Source of the DNA: Camelus ferus
Taxonomy: Eukaryota
Direction: 5' to 3'
Assembly (NCBI RefSeq): GCF_009834535.1
Contig: NC_045696.1
Span: forward strand, 43,154,001 to 43,218,000
DNA length: 64,000 nucleotides
This document shows, in pieces, positions 36,190 through 51,519 of this stretch (position 1 is its first letter; each line of letters starts with the position of its first letter). The notes beneath the pieces are model-generated. The model had not been told where the DNA came from. It saw nothing but the letters and a program-made list of their open reading frames with translations, and did not search any database. Made by a program: the position numbers and the translations under genes.

Positions 36190-38560
36190 TATATTGAAGA
36201 TTACAAGAAGATTGTTTTGTAATTTTCTTTTCTAGTAATACCCTTGGTCATGATTTTGTATCAATGTTATGCTAGTCTCATAAAACAAGTAGAAGGTAGT
36301 TATCTGTTTTCCTACTATCTAGAAAAAGTTTAAGTAATATTATGTTGATAGAGAAGGTATGTGGGCCAGAAATTTCTTTGAAGAAAGGCTTTTAATTATG
36401 GATTACATTTCCTTTAAAGAATAGGATTTTTAAATTTTCTCATCATTATGATATAAATCTTCTAAATTTTATTTCTCCAAGAATTATCCTTTCCAACTAA
36501 ATTTTTCAATTTATTCATGTACAATTGCTCATAATATTCTTTTATTTTATGTATGATGATGTTTGGCATCATAAGTGCCTTTTTTTTGCATTCCTTACAC
36601 TGATACTTTGTATTTCTGCTACATTTTAATGAGTCTTAACATGCATTATTTTTTCCCTAAAGAACCAATTTTTGGCTTTCTTGACTTTATTGAATGCATG
36701 TTTTCTAATTAATTAATTTCTTCTCATATTTATCATTTTCTTACTTTCATTACTTCAGTTTTAATTTGCTATTGTTTCTATTTTTAGATGGACATTATTT
36801 TTTAGAGAAGTTTTAGGTCCACAGCAAAATTGAAAATAAAATACAGAGAGCTCCACACACCCACCACCTCCACCACTATCAGTATGCCCCACCAGAGTGG
36901 TACACGTTACAACTGATAAACCTAATTGATGAACCTACACTGACAAATCATTATCACCCAAACACCATAGTTTACTTTTGGGTTCATTCTTGGTGTTATA
37001 CATTCTATGGCTTTGTATAAATGTATAATGAAATGTATGCACTATTATAATATACAGAAAACTTCTACTGCCCTAATAATCCTATGTGCTTTGCCTATTC
37101 ATCCTCCATCCCTCAACACATAGCAACTATTGACTTTTTACCTTCTCCGAAGTTTTGTCTTTTCCAGGATGTCAAGTAGTTGGAATCACACAGTATGTAG
37201 CCTATTCAAATTGACTTCTTTCACTTAGTAATATGTAATTAAGTTTCTTTTATGTCCTTTTATGACTTGATAGCTCATTTCTCTTTACCACTGAATCATA
37301 TTCCATTGCCTGGATGTACCACAGTTTATTTATCCATTCACTTACTGAAGGATACCTTGGTTGCTTCCAACTTTGGGGAATGATGAAAAAAGCTACTATA
37401 AACGTCTGTGTGCAGGTTTTTGTGTGGACATAAGTTTTCAACCCTTTTAAGTAAATACCATGGAGCAAGACTGCTGGATCATATGGAAAGAATACAATTA
37501 CTTTTGTAAGGAACTGCCAAACTATCCTCAAAAGTCGCTGTACCATTTGTGTTCCCACTAGCAATGAAGGAGAGCCCCTGTTCCACATCCTCACCAGAAT
37601 CTGGGGTTTTCAGGATTCTGATTTTGGCTATTCTAATAGGTATGTAGTGGTATAACACTGTTGTTTTAATTTACATTTTCCACATGACATGATGTGGAGC
37701 ATCTTTTTATATGCTTATTTAACATCTGTACATCTTTCTTAGTGAGATACTTGTTAAGGTCTTTGTCCTCATTTTTAACTGAATTGGTCATTTTCTCATT
37801 GTTGAGATTTAAAAGTTCTTTGTATATTTTGAATAAGTCTTCCATGAGATATGTTTTTGTAAATATTTTCTCCCAGTCTGTGATGAGTCTTTTCATTCTC
37901 TTGATAATGTCTTTCACAAAGCAGAAATTGTTAATTTTAATGAAGTCCAGTTTATCAATCCCTACTTCATTGATCTTGCCTTTTGTATTGTAACTTAAAA
38001 GTCATCACCAAACCCAAGGTCATCTAAGCTTTTGTCTATATTATCTTCTAGTTTTACAGTTTTGCATTTTACATTTAGATTTGTGAATCATTTTCAGCTC
38101 ATTTTTGTGAATGGTGTAAGATCTTTGTTTAGATTTTCTTTTCTCCATTAATTGCTTTTATCAAAGATCAGTTGACTATATCTAAGGGGGCCTATTTCTG
38201 AACTCTCTATTCTGTTCCATTGATCTATTTCTGTATTCTTTTGCTCATACCAGACTACCTTGATTACTATAACTTTATATCATGTCTTAAAGTCAAATAG
38301 GGTCAGTGCTCCAACTTTATTCTTCTCTTTAACTATTGAGTTGGTTATTCTGAGTCATCGACTTCTCCTTATAAACTTTAGAATCAGTTGTAAATACTAA
38401 AATTATACACACACACACACACACACAGTTGGCTGGAATTTTGATTGAAATTGCAATGAATCTATAGATCAAGTTGGAAGAATAGACATCTTGACAATAT
38501 TGAGTCTTCCTGTCCATGAGCATGAAATACCTTTTCACTTATTTAGTTCTTAGATTTCAA
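36190..38560 (-). mobile_element. Old L1 fragments, including an L1MC-like 3' end (about 36795-38560)
   Basis: Minus ORFs 37250..37594, 37666..37917 and 38329..38538 are L1 ORF2-like. Confidence 0.85.
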
Positions 38561-39824
38561 TATATTCTTAATGAATTAATTAAAGGATATAAGCCCAAAT
38601 GAATCAGAAGACTATATAAATTCAGTAGAAAAATCAGACTGAATAATATTCAAAGGGCAAATTTCAGAGAATGCAAAAATCAGGCAAATGAATGGTGAAT
38701 TATGAACTGAGTTAGGATTCTTAAGCCCCTGATCTCTTATTTCCTTAAGTTACCTCTGTGCCAAGTGGTACATACTTGTTTTTCATTACTTAGAAATTTG
38801 CAAAAGGTTACTTCATCAGGTACACATTATAAAGAACACATTGTCTTTCTCTGAACTTCAGTAATATTATGTACACAAAAGCTCCTTGAAGCCCAGACTG
38901 TTTTGTTTTCATTTCTTCTGTCTTTTAAGAACTTACTGTCTTCCAAACAGTAGGCACACAATAAAGGTCTCCTAAAACTAGATATAAATCTGTCCAAAAG
39001 AGAGCAGTTTATGAGTAACCTGTTTGGTTTATCATATGCGAGACTTCACAGAGCCATTGTCAAGACTGACAGGAACTGCACTCTTCATTTGCTTCTGTGT
39101 ACTTGGCTTCCTTGAAACTTACATAGGCTTAAACTCAGTGATGTATCCTCAGGCTTCCCAGTGTCAAAATTAATAGGAGACTGGATGAAATCCAACAGAC
39201 TTAATCACTTGATACTAAAAATACAAAACATCCTATGCTTAGAATGTCAAATTGCAGGTCAAAGATGAAATCATTTGCTGGTATGAAAAGTAAGAAACAT
39301 TTAACCTTTGAGCAATTTCTCAAAGATGTTCACAGTTGTCCTACTTAACATGGTATCTTAGCCACAATGTGGCAAGTCCTATTGCAGGGATGGAAATAAG
39401 ATATTATTAAAATAACACCTGCTTGGTTGAATTATAGAGTAGGAAATAATACCTTATATTTTTCATCTCCCTTTACCGTTAAAATATTCATATGGGTGTA
39501 ATTGAGAAAAGAGCTCTCGAACCCTCATTAGACTCTATGAATCACAATGTAAAGAAATAACTATCACATAGATTGTACCAATTTAAGAAACAAGGTCAAT
39601 AGATGATGCACAACTAAACTTTCAAACAAAATGAGACGTGTAGAGTCATATTAGATCACAGGCTCGGGTTGCACCTCACAGAAGGAGAACTGCTTCATCC
39701 TAGTCCTTGGAGGGAAAACTCTTCACTATTTAAAAAAATAAATAAAACAACCTTTCTGTAGCAGTAGAAATCTTCTTGATCTCCGTTTTTCCTCCAACAG
39801 TTTGTGGTTTCAAAATCTAGAATA

Positions 39825-39986
39825 CTAGCACAGGCAACTATATTCAATATCTTGTAGTAACTTTTGGTTAAAAAGAATATGAAAACAAATATATGCATGT
39901 TCTTTTATGACTGAAGTATTGTGCTATACACCAGAAGTTGACACATTGTAAACTGACTATTCTTCAATAAAATATATATTTTTAAA
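39825..39986 (+). mobile_element. Very short L1 3' end
   Basis: L1 3' UTR plus A tail; perfect TSD aaaatctagaata at 39812-39824 and 39987-39999. Confidence 0.92.
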
Positions 39987-41769
39987 AAAATCTAGAATAT
40001 TGAAGTTACTCATATATGCATAATCATACACAGAACTGAAGTAACTTGTAATATATATGCAATAAAAATTAACAAATGTTAAATCTAAAATAAGATGTAA
40101 GGTTGTTATTAATGGAGGGAAGGGAGTGTATGTATGATATTCACAGAGCCCTTTCCTATATTAAAGTTAAGCTGCAATTTTGACTCTAATTACATTGTCT
40201 CCAAAGCTAAAAGGGAATAGACATTTGTTAGCATGATTATGTGGAGAATTTGAGAATACACGTTTCTCAGTGGAAGCAAATTTCTTTTGATATTCAATCT
40301 GGAAGGTTATTTCTGTTTTTGTTTTGTGTGTTGTGTGTAAAGTAAGGAGCTATATGGATAACAATAAATGATATGGTGGATACTGTCCTCTCCAATGTCC
40401 CTCCAGTAAATTTAGTAGTGAATTTTAATGCCATCATTAAGCAAATTAGGAAGCCATAATATTACACAATAATGAGAGTAATTTCATAATCAAGACATTC
40501 AAAATCATTGTCTTTATTTAATCTTCAGAATGTCTTTTATTTCGGAAAGAAAAAAAAAAAAGTGTTTCAAGAGTGAGCCAGTCACCCAGTACCACTAAAC
40601 TAGTGAATGACTACAGCAGAGTCAGAAGCTGGGCAGTCTGACACCAGTGCCCATGTTTTTATATGCAACATTATCTTTGCCTCACCAAAAAGCCTGTAAA
40701 ATACAAAGAGCAACGTGTCCAGGGAGTACCAGTACAAGTTTTCTGCTATTCTGACCTCATCTACTAACAAAACCAGAAACTTTAAATATTGGAATAGGTG
40801 AATGTCTTTCAAATGGTCCTCCATAAACCTCTGGCCTCTCAGTTTGTTGATCTTCTCATAGTTGGCGTTTTCATTTTTCCTTTATATCTCCATAATCAGT
40901 TACTTCTATGGTCACACCCCCAAGCTTGATAGCACAAGAAAATGAACATCCCACCAACTCTTGACAGAAAACATACACTTAAAAACAGCATGCCATACCC
41001 TTCTCACTTGGTTAAAAACCTTCACAATCCTACTACTCATCAATGTTGTAAACATTGTCACTATCACTTTCTAACTTCCCATCAAAACCATCTGTTCTTA
41101 TTTGACCTAAATTTCATTCTCCATCATGACAATCATTTTATTGCTCATGTCCACATCTTTCTTGTCCCCTTCTAGCATTATTTTCTGATAAACCTCAAAC
41201 CTTCATGAAATGAACAGGCTAAATGCTCCCTTTAGTTGTAAGTGCCTTAAAACAAAGTAAAACTTCTTTATTCTTAATATGACAGTCAATATAATTCTTT
41301 ATAATAGGTCTCTCATGTGGCCTCCCTTCAAGAAGTTACACAAGGATGCCAAGGAATTCCATCTTGCGATGCTACCACCTTTAGCTTATGGTCTCTAGAG
41401 TTGCCACAGAAGAGAAAGGAGGAAGAAGGGATAAAAGAAAAAGACTGGTGTTATTCCTAAAACCCACCCCACATTTGTATGTGCGTGTGCTTGCACATAC
41501 ACAGACTTCCAGACTTTCATTTAAATGGCGGCTATATGGAGAAGACTTCACTGCCATCATTTCAAGGATAATGGACCTATTCCTCTGTCCCCATTTTCCT
41601 TATTGACTTCATCCAGAAAAAGATCCTCAGAAACAGCAGGCAATGCATGAGGAGAGAAGACAGAAAAATACAATTACTCAGAAAGCAAGAGCAGAAAGTG
41701 CTTTAAAGAGACAAAAATCAACTATGTCAAATGATGCTGGAAAGATTGAGTAAAACAAATCCTCCCCGT

Positions 41770-43030
41770 GCTCCATTCTGCATTGCAAATGCTAAGATCC
41801 CTTTCCTCAGATTTCTTTTTGCCTAAGGTACTGGATACAACTTAGTTGCTGCCATTGAAATACATTCATACAGTATTTGAAAGGCAAGAATAAAATAGAA
41901 GTCATCTGTCTACAGCTCTTAGACAAGTTCTAAAAAGACATGAGTGCTTGTAGCAGGTAGACTCCATGGTCCAGTATCTAGTTTCCAGTGTCATAAATGA
42001 AAGTAAATTGTGCATAAAGCAACATTAATAGCAGTGGTGGCAGCTTCCTAAATTCTGGATTAAATGATTTGGCTTTTAAATCAAAATGATTTGGTTTTTA
42101 AATCAAAGGTTTAGATATTTTTTAAACTGCTCTTGATCAAACAATTCTAATGACATTTCACCACCAAATTCCCTGAATTAAACCTCTGTTTAAAATACCT
42201 AGAACTTTGCTTGAGAGAGTACTTGGTAACTAGAGAGGTTGCAGGGGACTGACGCCCACAGAATTGGCTTATGTAAGTTGGTTGTTTTGGAAGTTGGAAA
42301 ATGATATACCATTAGTCCATAGATGTGTGCCTAAAATAGTTACATAAATTATTATCCTGTAATTCCCTGGAATGAAATGCTTATTGAAGGCAGCTTCTGG
42401 CAGACTAGCTGGCTGCTGTGACAGATTGTCATGAAGAGACTGAGTAATACAAATAATGTGGCTGGTTATTCTGATGGCCCTAGAAACTTTTAATTTAAAA
42501 AAAGATAAATTTAAGTTTTTAAATTCTCAGTTTAAATAATAGTGAAACCCGAAAGCTCCCATGTTCATCCTAAAAGAATCTCATATCTTTTGCAGATGCA
42601 AGAATGGGCTGCTGAAACTGAAGAGTAGAGTAAAAACTTCTCCTAAAGATTGCTAAATTATAACATAAATGGATTTACCAGCTCTGCCAGATCCCATAAA
42701 AGTTAAGGGATTGACTAGGTCTCTGGAAAGTGAAATGGGGCATTTAGTTGAATTATGATGAATCTAAGGACTTTAACCCACAAATCACACAAAAAGAAGT
42801 CTTTTAAAGAGAAAAAAAAAAAAAGTGCCTTGTCTTCTCTCTAGTGACAGAAGTTCTGCCTTGCCTGATGATTTGCAGTGACCTCACCTGAGGCAGTTAC
42901 CTTGCGCATAGACAGTAGTCTCCTGTCCTCCACCCTTTCATCCCACTTGTCTCTGGGATTGTTAGTGAATTAAGATCCAGAATCTTCCAAGTAGCAAGTA
43001 TAAAGGCTGAGCTGGGAGAAAATGGCTTAT
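41770..43030 (+). mobile_element. ERVL/MaLR-type LTR followed by gag-like internal sequence
   Basis: Near 42460-42540 reads GWLxLMALETFNLKKDKFKFLNSQFK (one frameshift), similar to ERVL gag. Confidence 0.6.
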
Positions 43031-44164
43031 ATATGACAATTAAAAATTAATTTAATTAACTTTTATTAGTGGGTAACTCTTGGCAAGTAAATTCATTTCA
43101 TGGCATACTATGTAGAAGTCATTCTAATCTTTCACATGATTATTTTCTTAGAACATCAAGTATATTAGAATTGAATAAAATTACATTTTATGAATTGAGT
43201 AATCATTTGATTTTGAGGGTGGGAATAAAGTGTTTTCAAGTAGGAGACAGTATATTACACTGAAAAAAATATCAGGTTTCCTTTTACAATGCTTAAACTA
43301 TAATTTGCAGTATTAAGTTCCATTATAAGATACTTCTGTTGTTCAAAATTGGCACCAATACTGGTAGGGTAATAAAACATTTCTGTAAGGCTTCCTTACA
43401 ACTTAATGTCATTGTTTTGTAGACACACCAATTATCACACTTCTCATAATGCATATTAAACCTCTCTAGAGCTAATGAGGAAGGAACAAGTTTTGTAAAG
43501 GTGAGGTGGTTTCTGTGGAGAATAGAGTGTTTACAAGGAGATACTTAAGAAGTGCCAGTTTATGTGAAAATTAAGACAATCTAACAGATAGATCTACTTT
43601 GTGTCTTAATGTTTCCAGTTGGAATGCCTGAAGCTTTTAAGTACATATGAATGTCCTGAAATTATGCAAGTGATTTCTGTATATATTTTTCTTTTTCTCC
43701 CCTATTTTGTTTATCTTTTTGATGGCATCACAGGCAATATGCCCTTAAAATCAGAGCCGAGAAAACTTTTCAGACCTTCTACAGTTAGAATATTTTGTAA
43801 GCACTGGAGTGTTCTCTAGGCAGTTATAGATTCAGGATGCTACTTCTGAAACAATTAGAATTTGCTTCTTCTAACAAGTCTTTCTCCCAAGGGTTACTTG
43901 TAATTCATGATCAAGGCAAGTGTTTACAGCTGTGTAGTCCAGATCTCACTCTGTTCCCCTAGACAAGTAGACCCAAAGTGCTGTTTATAAAAAATGGAAT
44001 TTGTTGAAACTTTTTACTAAGGAAAGAACACTTCAGTAATAGCGTAACCTCACTCTACATGAATATTTTTGGAGCTATTCTATTTTATACTGCATTTAAA
44101 ACAAATTGGTTACATATCAGTAAAAATAAATTAATATGTATTTGGGAAAACCCTTTTTTTCTGG

Positions 44165-45255
44165 ATTTCAAAACAGCTTTATTGAGGTGTAATTGACAAA
44201 CAAAAAATTGTATGTACTAAAAAGTGTTCAACTCGATAAATTTAGGCTTGTGTACAGCTATCACCACAATCAAGAAAATGAACACATCCATCATCACCTC
44301 TAAAAATTTCTTTGTGCTTTTTTATAATCCCTCCCTCCTGTCCTACCAGACCCTCTCCTGTCCTACCAGACCCTCTCCCCAACCACTGATCTGCTTTCTA
44401 TCACTATAGAATAGTTTGCATTTTCTAGAATTTTATATAAATGGAATTATACAGTATGTACCCTTTTTTTGGTCTTCTTCTTACACTCAGCATAATTATT
44501 TAGAGATTTATCTCTTATAAGAGCCAAGATTTTTTTTTCATTAAACTATTTGAGATTATAGGTCCATACACAGTTGTAAGAAATAATGCAGAGAGATCAC
44601 ATATACTTTTTACCCAGTTTCCCCCAAAGGTAATATCTTGTAAAACTATAGCAAAATAGGGAAACCAGGATATTGACATTGATACAATCCTCTAATCTTA
44701 TAGTCTTTTGAGTGTGCACATTTAGTTCTATATAATTTTTGTTTTAAACAGCAGCATTACTTATAATTTCCAAGATATGGACGTGTCCTAAGTGCACATC
44801 AAGAGATGAATTGGTAAAGAAGATGTAGCATATATAATGCAATGGAATACAACTCGCCCATAAAAAAGAAGGATATTTTGTCATCTGCAGCCCTTCATTC
44901 ACTTTTTGTTTTTTTCACTTCAAAAACCAGCATTTTATAACTGGCATAATCATTTCCATTGCATCAAAAACAACAAAATACCTAGGAATAAACTCAACCA
45001 AGGAGGTTACCTATACTCTGAAAACTATAAAACATTAATGAAGGAAATTGAAGATGATACAAAGAAATGGAAAGATATCTTGTGCTCTTGGATTGGAAGA
45101 ATCAACATTATCAAAATGGCCACACTACCCAAAGCAATCTACAGATCCAATGCAAACCCTGTCAAAATACTTAAGACATTTTTCATAGGACTAGAATAAA
45201 CAACTCCAAAATTTATATGAAACTAAAAAAGATTCTAAAGTGCCAAGGCAATCTT
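44165..45255. mobile_element. Cluster of L1 fragments in mixed orientation
   Basis: Minus-strand old L1 3' UTR at about 44165-44740; plus-strand ORF2 piece ([18 protein letters not shown]) at about 44955-45255. Confidence 0.85.
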
Positions 45256-45309
45256 TTGCAGGTCTTTTTTTTTTTTTTTTTTTTCTCTTTCTTCTTTTTC
45301 TTCTCTTTT

Positions 45310-47280
45310 CTTATGGTTTGATGACTAGAAAAGGTCCTTTAACATTTGTTGTAAAGCTGGTTTGGTGGAGCTGAATTCTTTTAGGTTTTGTCTGTTTGTG
45401 ATGTTTTGATTTCTCCATCAAATCTGAATAAGAACCTTGCTGGACAGAGAGTATTCTTGGTTGTAAGTTTTTCCCTTTCATCACTTTAAATATATTGTGC
45501 CCCTCCCTTCTGGCCTGTAGAGTTTTTGCTGAAAAATCAGCTGACAACCTTATGGGAATTCCCTTGTATGTTATCTGTTGTTTTTCTCTTGCTAATTTTA
45601 ATATTTTTTCCTTATGCTTAATTTTTGTCAATTTGATGACTATGTGCCTTGGTGTGTTCCTCTTTGGGTTGATCCTGTGTGGAACTCTCTGTGCTTCCTG
45701 GACTTGGGTGAGTGTTTCCTTTCCCAATTTGGGGAAGTTTTTGGTTATTATCTCTTCAAAAAATTTCTCAGGTCCTTTCTCTCTCTCTTCCCTTTCTAGG
45801 AACCCTATAATGTGAATAGTATATAGTGTGCTTCATGTTGTCCCAGAATTCCCTTAAACTACCCTAATTTCTTTTCATTCTTTTTTCTGTACTGTAGTAG
45901 TGATTTCCACTAATCTGTCATCTAACTCATTAATCTGTTCTTCTGCCTCCTTTAGTCTGCTCTTGGTTCCTTCTACTATGTTATTCATTTCAGTGAGTTT
46001 GTTCTTCAATTCTATTTGGGTATTCTTTATATTTTCCAACTCTTTGCTAAAAACTTCACTCTATGTATCTATATTCCTCTTGAGTTCTCTGAACATCTTT
46101 GCCATTGTTACCTTAAACTCTTTCTCAGACACATTGCTTATCCCCTCATTATTTCTTCTTCTGGGAGTTTATCTTGTGCCTTGGCTTGAAAGACAGTCCT
46201 CTGCCACCTCATATTGTCTATCTTTCTATTTGTATTTTTAGGTAGGTTAGTTATGTTTCTCAACTTTGGGGAGGTGGCTCTCTGTGGGAGACATCCTATG
46301 TGTCCCAGCAGTACACTCCTCTCTTGTCACCCAGGGCCAGGGTCCAGCTCATCCCAGTGTAGAGTCTGGCCTCTGTCTGTGGATTCCTTCTATCAGCCTT
46401 GGGATTGTTGTTTTCTTATATCTGGTATCTGCCCACTGGCGGATTAGGATGAACTAGAGGCTTATACAGGTTTCCTGACATGAGGAGTTAGTGCCTGCCC
46501 AATGCTGGGTGAAGTTTAGTCCTGGACCTCTGATGGGTAGGGTCATGTCTAGAGGAAGTCTGGTGATGGGTGGGTCTGTATTCCCACCCAGTATGTTGTT
46601 TCGCCTGAGGCTTCTCTACGGGCTGTTAGGTGGAGCTAGGTCTTGGTGCTAATGATCCAATCAAGATGTCAGCCTTCAAGAAAGCTCATGTAGATGGACA
46701 CTCCCAGAATGCCTGCCACCAACTTTTATGTCCCCTGGGTGAGCTGAAGCCTTCCCCTGTATCCCCAGGAGATCCTCCAAAACCATCAGGCAGGCCTGGC
46801 CCAGTGATTTCCTATGAAATCACTGCCTCTGGCCTTAGACCTGGTACCCTCAAGTTTTTATGTACATTTCCCAAGAGAATGAGGTCTCCATTTCCCCCAA
46901 TACTGTGGGGCTCCTGGAGTTAAGCCCCTGTGACCTTCAAAACCAGATGTTCTAGGATCTCCTCCTCCTCCCAGTGCCAAAACCCCAGGCTGAGAAGCCT
47001 GACTTGGGGATTAGAGCTCTCACTCCTGCGGGAGGGTGTCTGCAACTTAATTGTTCTTCAGCTTGTGGGTCGACCACCCGGGGGGTATGAGGCCCAATTA
47101 TATCACAAGTATGCCCTCCTACCACCCTGCTGTGGTTCCCTCTTTGTTTCCAGCTGAAGAAGATCTTTTTTGCTAGGTTTCAGTCTTTATTTTCCATGGT
47201 TGTTTAGCAGTCAGTCAGTGGTTTCCTTGTAGCCATGAGGAGAGGCAAGCTTGTGGTCCTACTACTTCAGCATCTTGATG
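45310..47280 (-). mobile_element. L1 5' UTR and ORF1
   Basis: ORF 45311..45727 (QEAQRVP..RNTPRHIVIKL..YKGIPIRLSADFS) is L1 ORF1p. Confidence 0.92.
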
Positions 47281-49567
47281 GGAAATCAAAACACTTTCAT
47301 TTTAGGTGCTATAAACAAAATATGTCACTGATACTTTTATGTTTCTAGTGCCTGAGGACAATTCATTTAGAAAAGGAAAGAAGAATATTGGAATAAAATG
47401 CACGTTATTAAATATTCAATAAGAATTGGCACGGGCACAATTAGGCAAAGAAGCATTCAGTGAAATAAAGTTATGTGCTTCTAAAAAAACAACAACAAAC
47501 ATTTCAATAGATAGGTTAGTGGTCAAATTATACAGGTTACTATTACAGCAACAGTAATATGATACTCTTTAAAGGTTCATAAAGCTGCCCTTGGGATGCT
47601 TAAATCAAAGAGAAGATGACCAAGTAAACATAATTGGTCTATATTTAGATTTCTCATTACAACCACAGAATTTCTTATTATATGTCACCTTTTTATTTTT
47701 GAATGTATATTATCTGGCCTTGGAAGAGCAACTAAGAGGCATGAAAACTGGAAAGATATTCTGGATTTTTAAAAGTTCATTAATTTAATTTCCAGAGGGG
47801 CCAGGAAAGAAAATACATAGAAGAAACAATCAAAACATCAGCAGACTATAATGCTTCCCATGGAAAGTGGGCTACACCGAATTATATAAAAGTGCTATCT
47901 CTGTACTCATTCAGCTCGTTTTCTTTCCCTTGAAGAATACGTGGTGATTCACACCTCTATAAATTAAACCAGAGCTAGGATGAATATTAAAGGGTATGTG
48001 GAATGGCTGAAGAGAAAGAATTGCTAAATTTAAATGGATACGTGGATAATAATGGAAAGAGTGGTTGTGATTGATAATTATGCATACATTTCAAACATGC
48101 TACAGACAAATGTAGGAGAATTTTTCACTTTCATTTCATTTGACATAAAAGGTCCATTTCATGAGCACATGGCCCCTTTCCTTTAGGTAACTCCCTGCCC
48201 TGGGTATCCTGATGGGAAGAAACACTGCCTGCCGTGACCGATGCTGAAAGTGCCAGACGCTATCTTGTCTTCCCTGCAGTGAGGTTGTGGTTATGGAACC
48301 GGGCTACCAAATCCTCTAAGTTAGAAGTAATTACTGCAGAGAATCGGGGATAATGGTCGCATCATGTTTCCAGGGACAACTGGAACAGCGGCAACAAGTG
48401 AAACACTGCAACACTGCAACACTTGTGAACGTTCTAAGAGCAAGACATTGTACCAAAGAAGTCAAGCAACAAAGCAGGTTTAAGAAATATGACAAAGAAA
48501 GGATTTGGGGTGTGCTTATGGCAAAGAACCTTGCCCATAAAAAAGTCAACCAGAAGCCTCCTGTGATTCTGAAGGACTAACACTGTCCCCAAATCAAATA
48601 CCTATCCAAACAAGTATTTGAATAATTGAGCCTTAAAATAGTGCTCTGCCCTACCAACTTCAGAAAAGGAAGGTTTAAAAGCTATACATTCCCAAAACAT
48701 CCACTTCAGGTGTGGTCATAGAGGATAACAGACAAACCAGATGACTCTCTCAGGAGTTGAGAGCAGGAGTCTGAGAATTAAGGACTAAAAAATTCCCCTT
48801 GGAGAACACAATCGGGTACTTCTCATGAAATTTTCCTCCTTCTATTGTTTGCCCTCTAGGATTCCATTATCACTATGAATCAGTAATAGCCATTTGTCTT
48901 TTATTCATCATTTTTTTATAATGGAAATTTATATTATGCCTATTTTATCCCAAGTACACCACTGTACATGAAGAAAGGGGCACTGAAAACTTGTTTTTCT
49001 CTTTATTTTAATACTTTACAAGAATAGAAGGAATCTCTTCTAGATCTGATGGAGAAAACTCATACAGGGAATATGAACATTGAACTGAATGTATTAAGTA
49101 GGAGGAACCTTGGATTATCTTCCCTGTGTGTGGATGGGATTATGTTCTGTGGGGAGAGGGGCTGTTCATGGGTGTGTGGTAGCCATATTCCACACGCGTG
49201 GCTAGCTGTAACCAGATTTATTGCTCCTTTCATGGACTACAGTTTCTTTTGGGAACATGCGACAGTCAAGAACTGTATTTTCAGCCCTCCCCTATCCTCA
49301 TCTCTGACCATCGAAAGTATATGGAACCACAGCTGTCACCAATAACATGGGAGTAGAGTGTTGGGTATCATTTTGGGGTCAATCCCATTAAGAAGCTTGT
49401 ATGTTTTCTCTGTCCTCTCTCTTCTTTAATATTCAAAGTTTCAATGGTCAAAGTCAAGGGCAAGCTGGGGTTCATGTAGTGAAGGTATAAAAGCTATGTC
49501 AGCCCTGTAGCCTTGAGTGACTACCTAGAGTATAGGCCACTCCCACCATCAATCAGAAACTCCAACA

Positions 49568-49884
49568 AAGACATACCTTGTTTTATTGTACTTCACTTCA
49601 CTGCACGTTATAGTCATTGCATTTCTTACAAATTGAAGGTTTGTGCCAACCCTGTGTTGTCAGATAACGGTTAGCATTTTTCAAAAATAAAGTGTTTTTA
49701 AGTAAGGTGTGTACATGTTGTTTTAGACATAATGCTATTGTACACTTAATAGACTAGCATACTATAAACATAATTTTTGTATGTACTAGGAAACCAAAAC
49801 AATTGTGTGATTCATTTTATTATAATATTAACTTTATTGCAGTGGTCTGGAACCAAATCCCTAGTGTCTCCAATGTATTCCTAT
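49568..49884 (+). mobile_element. Internally deleted Tigger1-like DNA transposon
   Basis: Both ends are recognisable: catacct..ttttattg...ttacaaattgaaggtttgtg and ttattgcagtggtctggaacc... Confidence 0.85.
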
Positions 49885-51519
49885 ATTATGTGAATACAAA
49901 AATAAGGGTCTTCTGTGGAAATCTACAAATATTTTAGGGTAACATTATAAATAGTCAAATGACTTATTATGCTTACTATCAGTGTATGCTTATATTAAGA
50001 TAGCCATCTGGCTAATGACATTAGTAGCACATAATACATTTTATTTTCATGAAACATAGAGTATATTGTTAATATTATCTTCTCTACTTTTAAGTATGAG
50101 CCAATCTTCAGTCAGGGAAACAGAATCACTACATGTATTGTAGAAAAAGATTTCATAAAGGAATTAGAATTTACTTGAATGTGGGAAAAGATGGGGCAAT
50201 GAATGTCTAGAAATGAGAATCACCGAATCAGAAAAATAGTCATTGGCAAACCCATGGAAAGCACTGGTGTGGGTAGACCAAACAGAGCTTGAAGGAAAAT
50301 CTAAAAAACCAATCACACAGACCTACACACTGAAGTGGCAAAGCATAAAGAGTTTCCTTTGTGGGAACCACCATCCAACTGGAACCTACTGCCTGGAAAC
50401 TGCCGCCTCTGTGTCAACATCTATTTCTGTGAGAACAGCTGCTCCTGCAGGCCCCCAGCCAAGCACCTGTGGTGAGTCTGGGACTGCTGTTGGTCAGCAA
50501 GGTCAGCTGCCAGAAATTTAGGTGGGACGTGAGGCAGGAAGGAAATGAGAACAAGCTGGGGCTCAGGAGGAAACGTCTGCTCATCCTTCATCTTTTACGA
50601 CCTCTGCAGAGAAGCGTTGTGAGAAACATGGTCTCTGCTCCCCTTATTCTTTCCGAAATATGCATGAGTAACTCCCATTAGCTAAGTCTAATCTGGACAC
50701 TATATTACAGATGATTCTGGTAAAGCTTCCCAGGCTTAGACACAGTTATTCACAGCATTTCTTTATTCCTTATTCTACGTTAATATTCGTTGAATCTTTT
50801 CCCTTTGAATCCTGATATTGATCATTTGTTTTCTCTGTTTGATTACATTTGATCATTTTCCTAGGCTTCAACAACTGTGATCAATTTGGTCCTGTGTCAA
50901 GGACTTTTAACTTGTTGAATATTTGTCTTTTTAACCCATAGTCATTTTTTTAAATTTTTTATTAATTATTCCTCCAGTTATGTCATATTTGAAAAATTTA
51001 ATTGGTTCTTTCATTCTAACATCTTAATTTTGAGGTTTAGGCCTTTATTTTTAAACCTTTCTTTTCCCCTAATGTAAGATTTAAATTTAGGAATTTCCCT
51101 ATTAGTACAACTTTAGTACATCCCACAAAGTTTACTGTTGTCACTTTAATATCATTCAGTTTAAAATACTTTACCTTTTTCTTTGTGAATATCTTTATAT
51201 CTTTAACCTATGGGTTATCTTAAATGATATGTTGACTAATTTTCAAATATTTGGTGATTTGGTATTGTTTTGTCATTGACTTTTAATATTTCGAAAATTT
51301 GCCTATAATTTAAATGTTTTCAAGTATATTACATATTTTATGGACCACTATATGACCTATATCATACATGTTATATGTGAATTTGAAAATAATGTGCTTT
51401 TACAGTTCTTGGAAGTTTTGATTTATAGTGATAGGTTAAGTGGGTTTATACTGTTTAAATCTCTGTCTTTATTAAATTTTTATCTATCCCTTCTTTTGGA
51501 ATAAATTAATAACCTGTTT

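Noticed and set aside
39560..39726. Additional minus-strand exon after the acceptor tttatttttttaaatag
   Set aside because: Stops in every frame and no recognisable motif; such acceptors are common by chance in AT-rich DNA.
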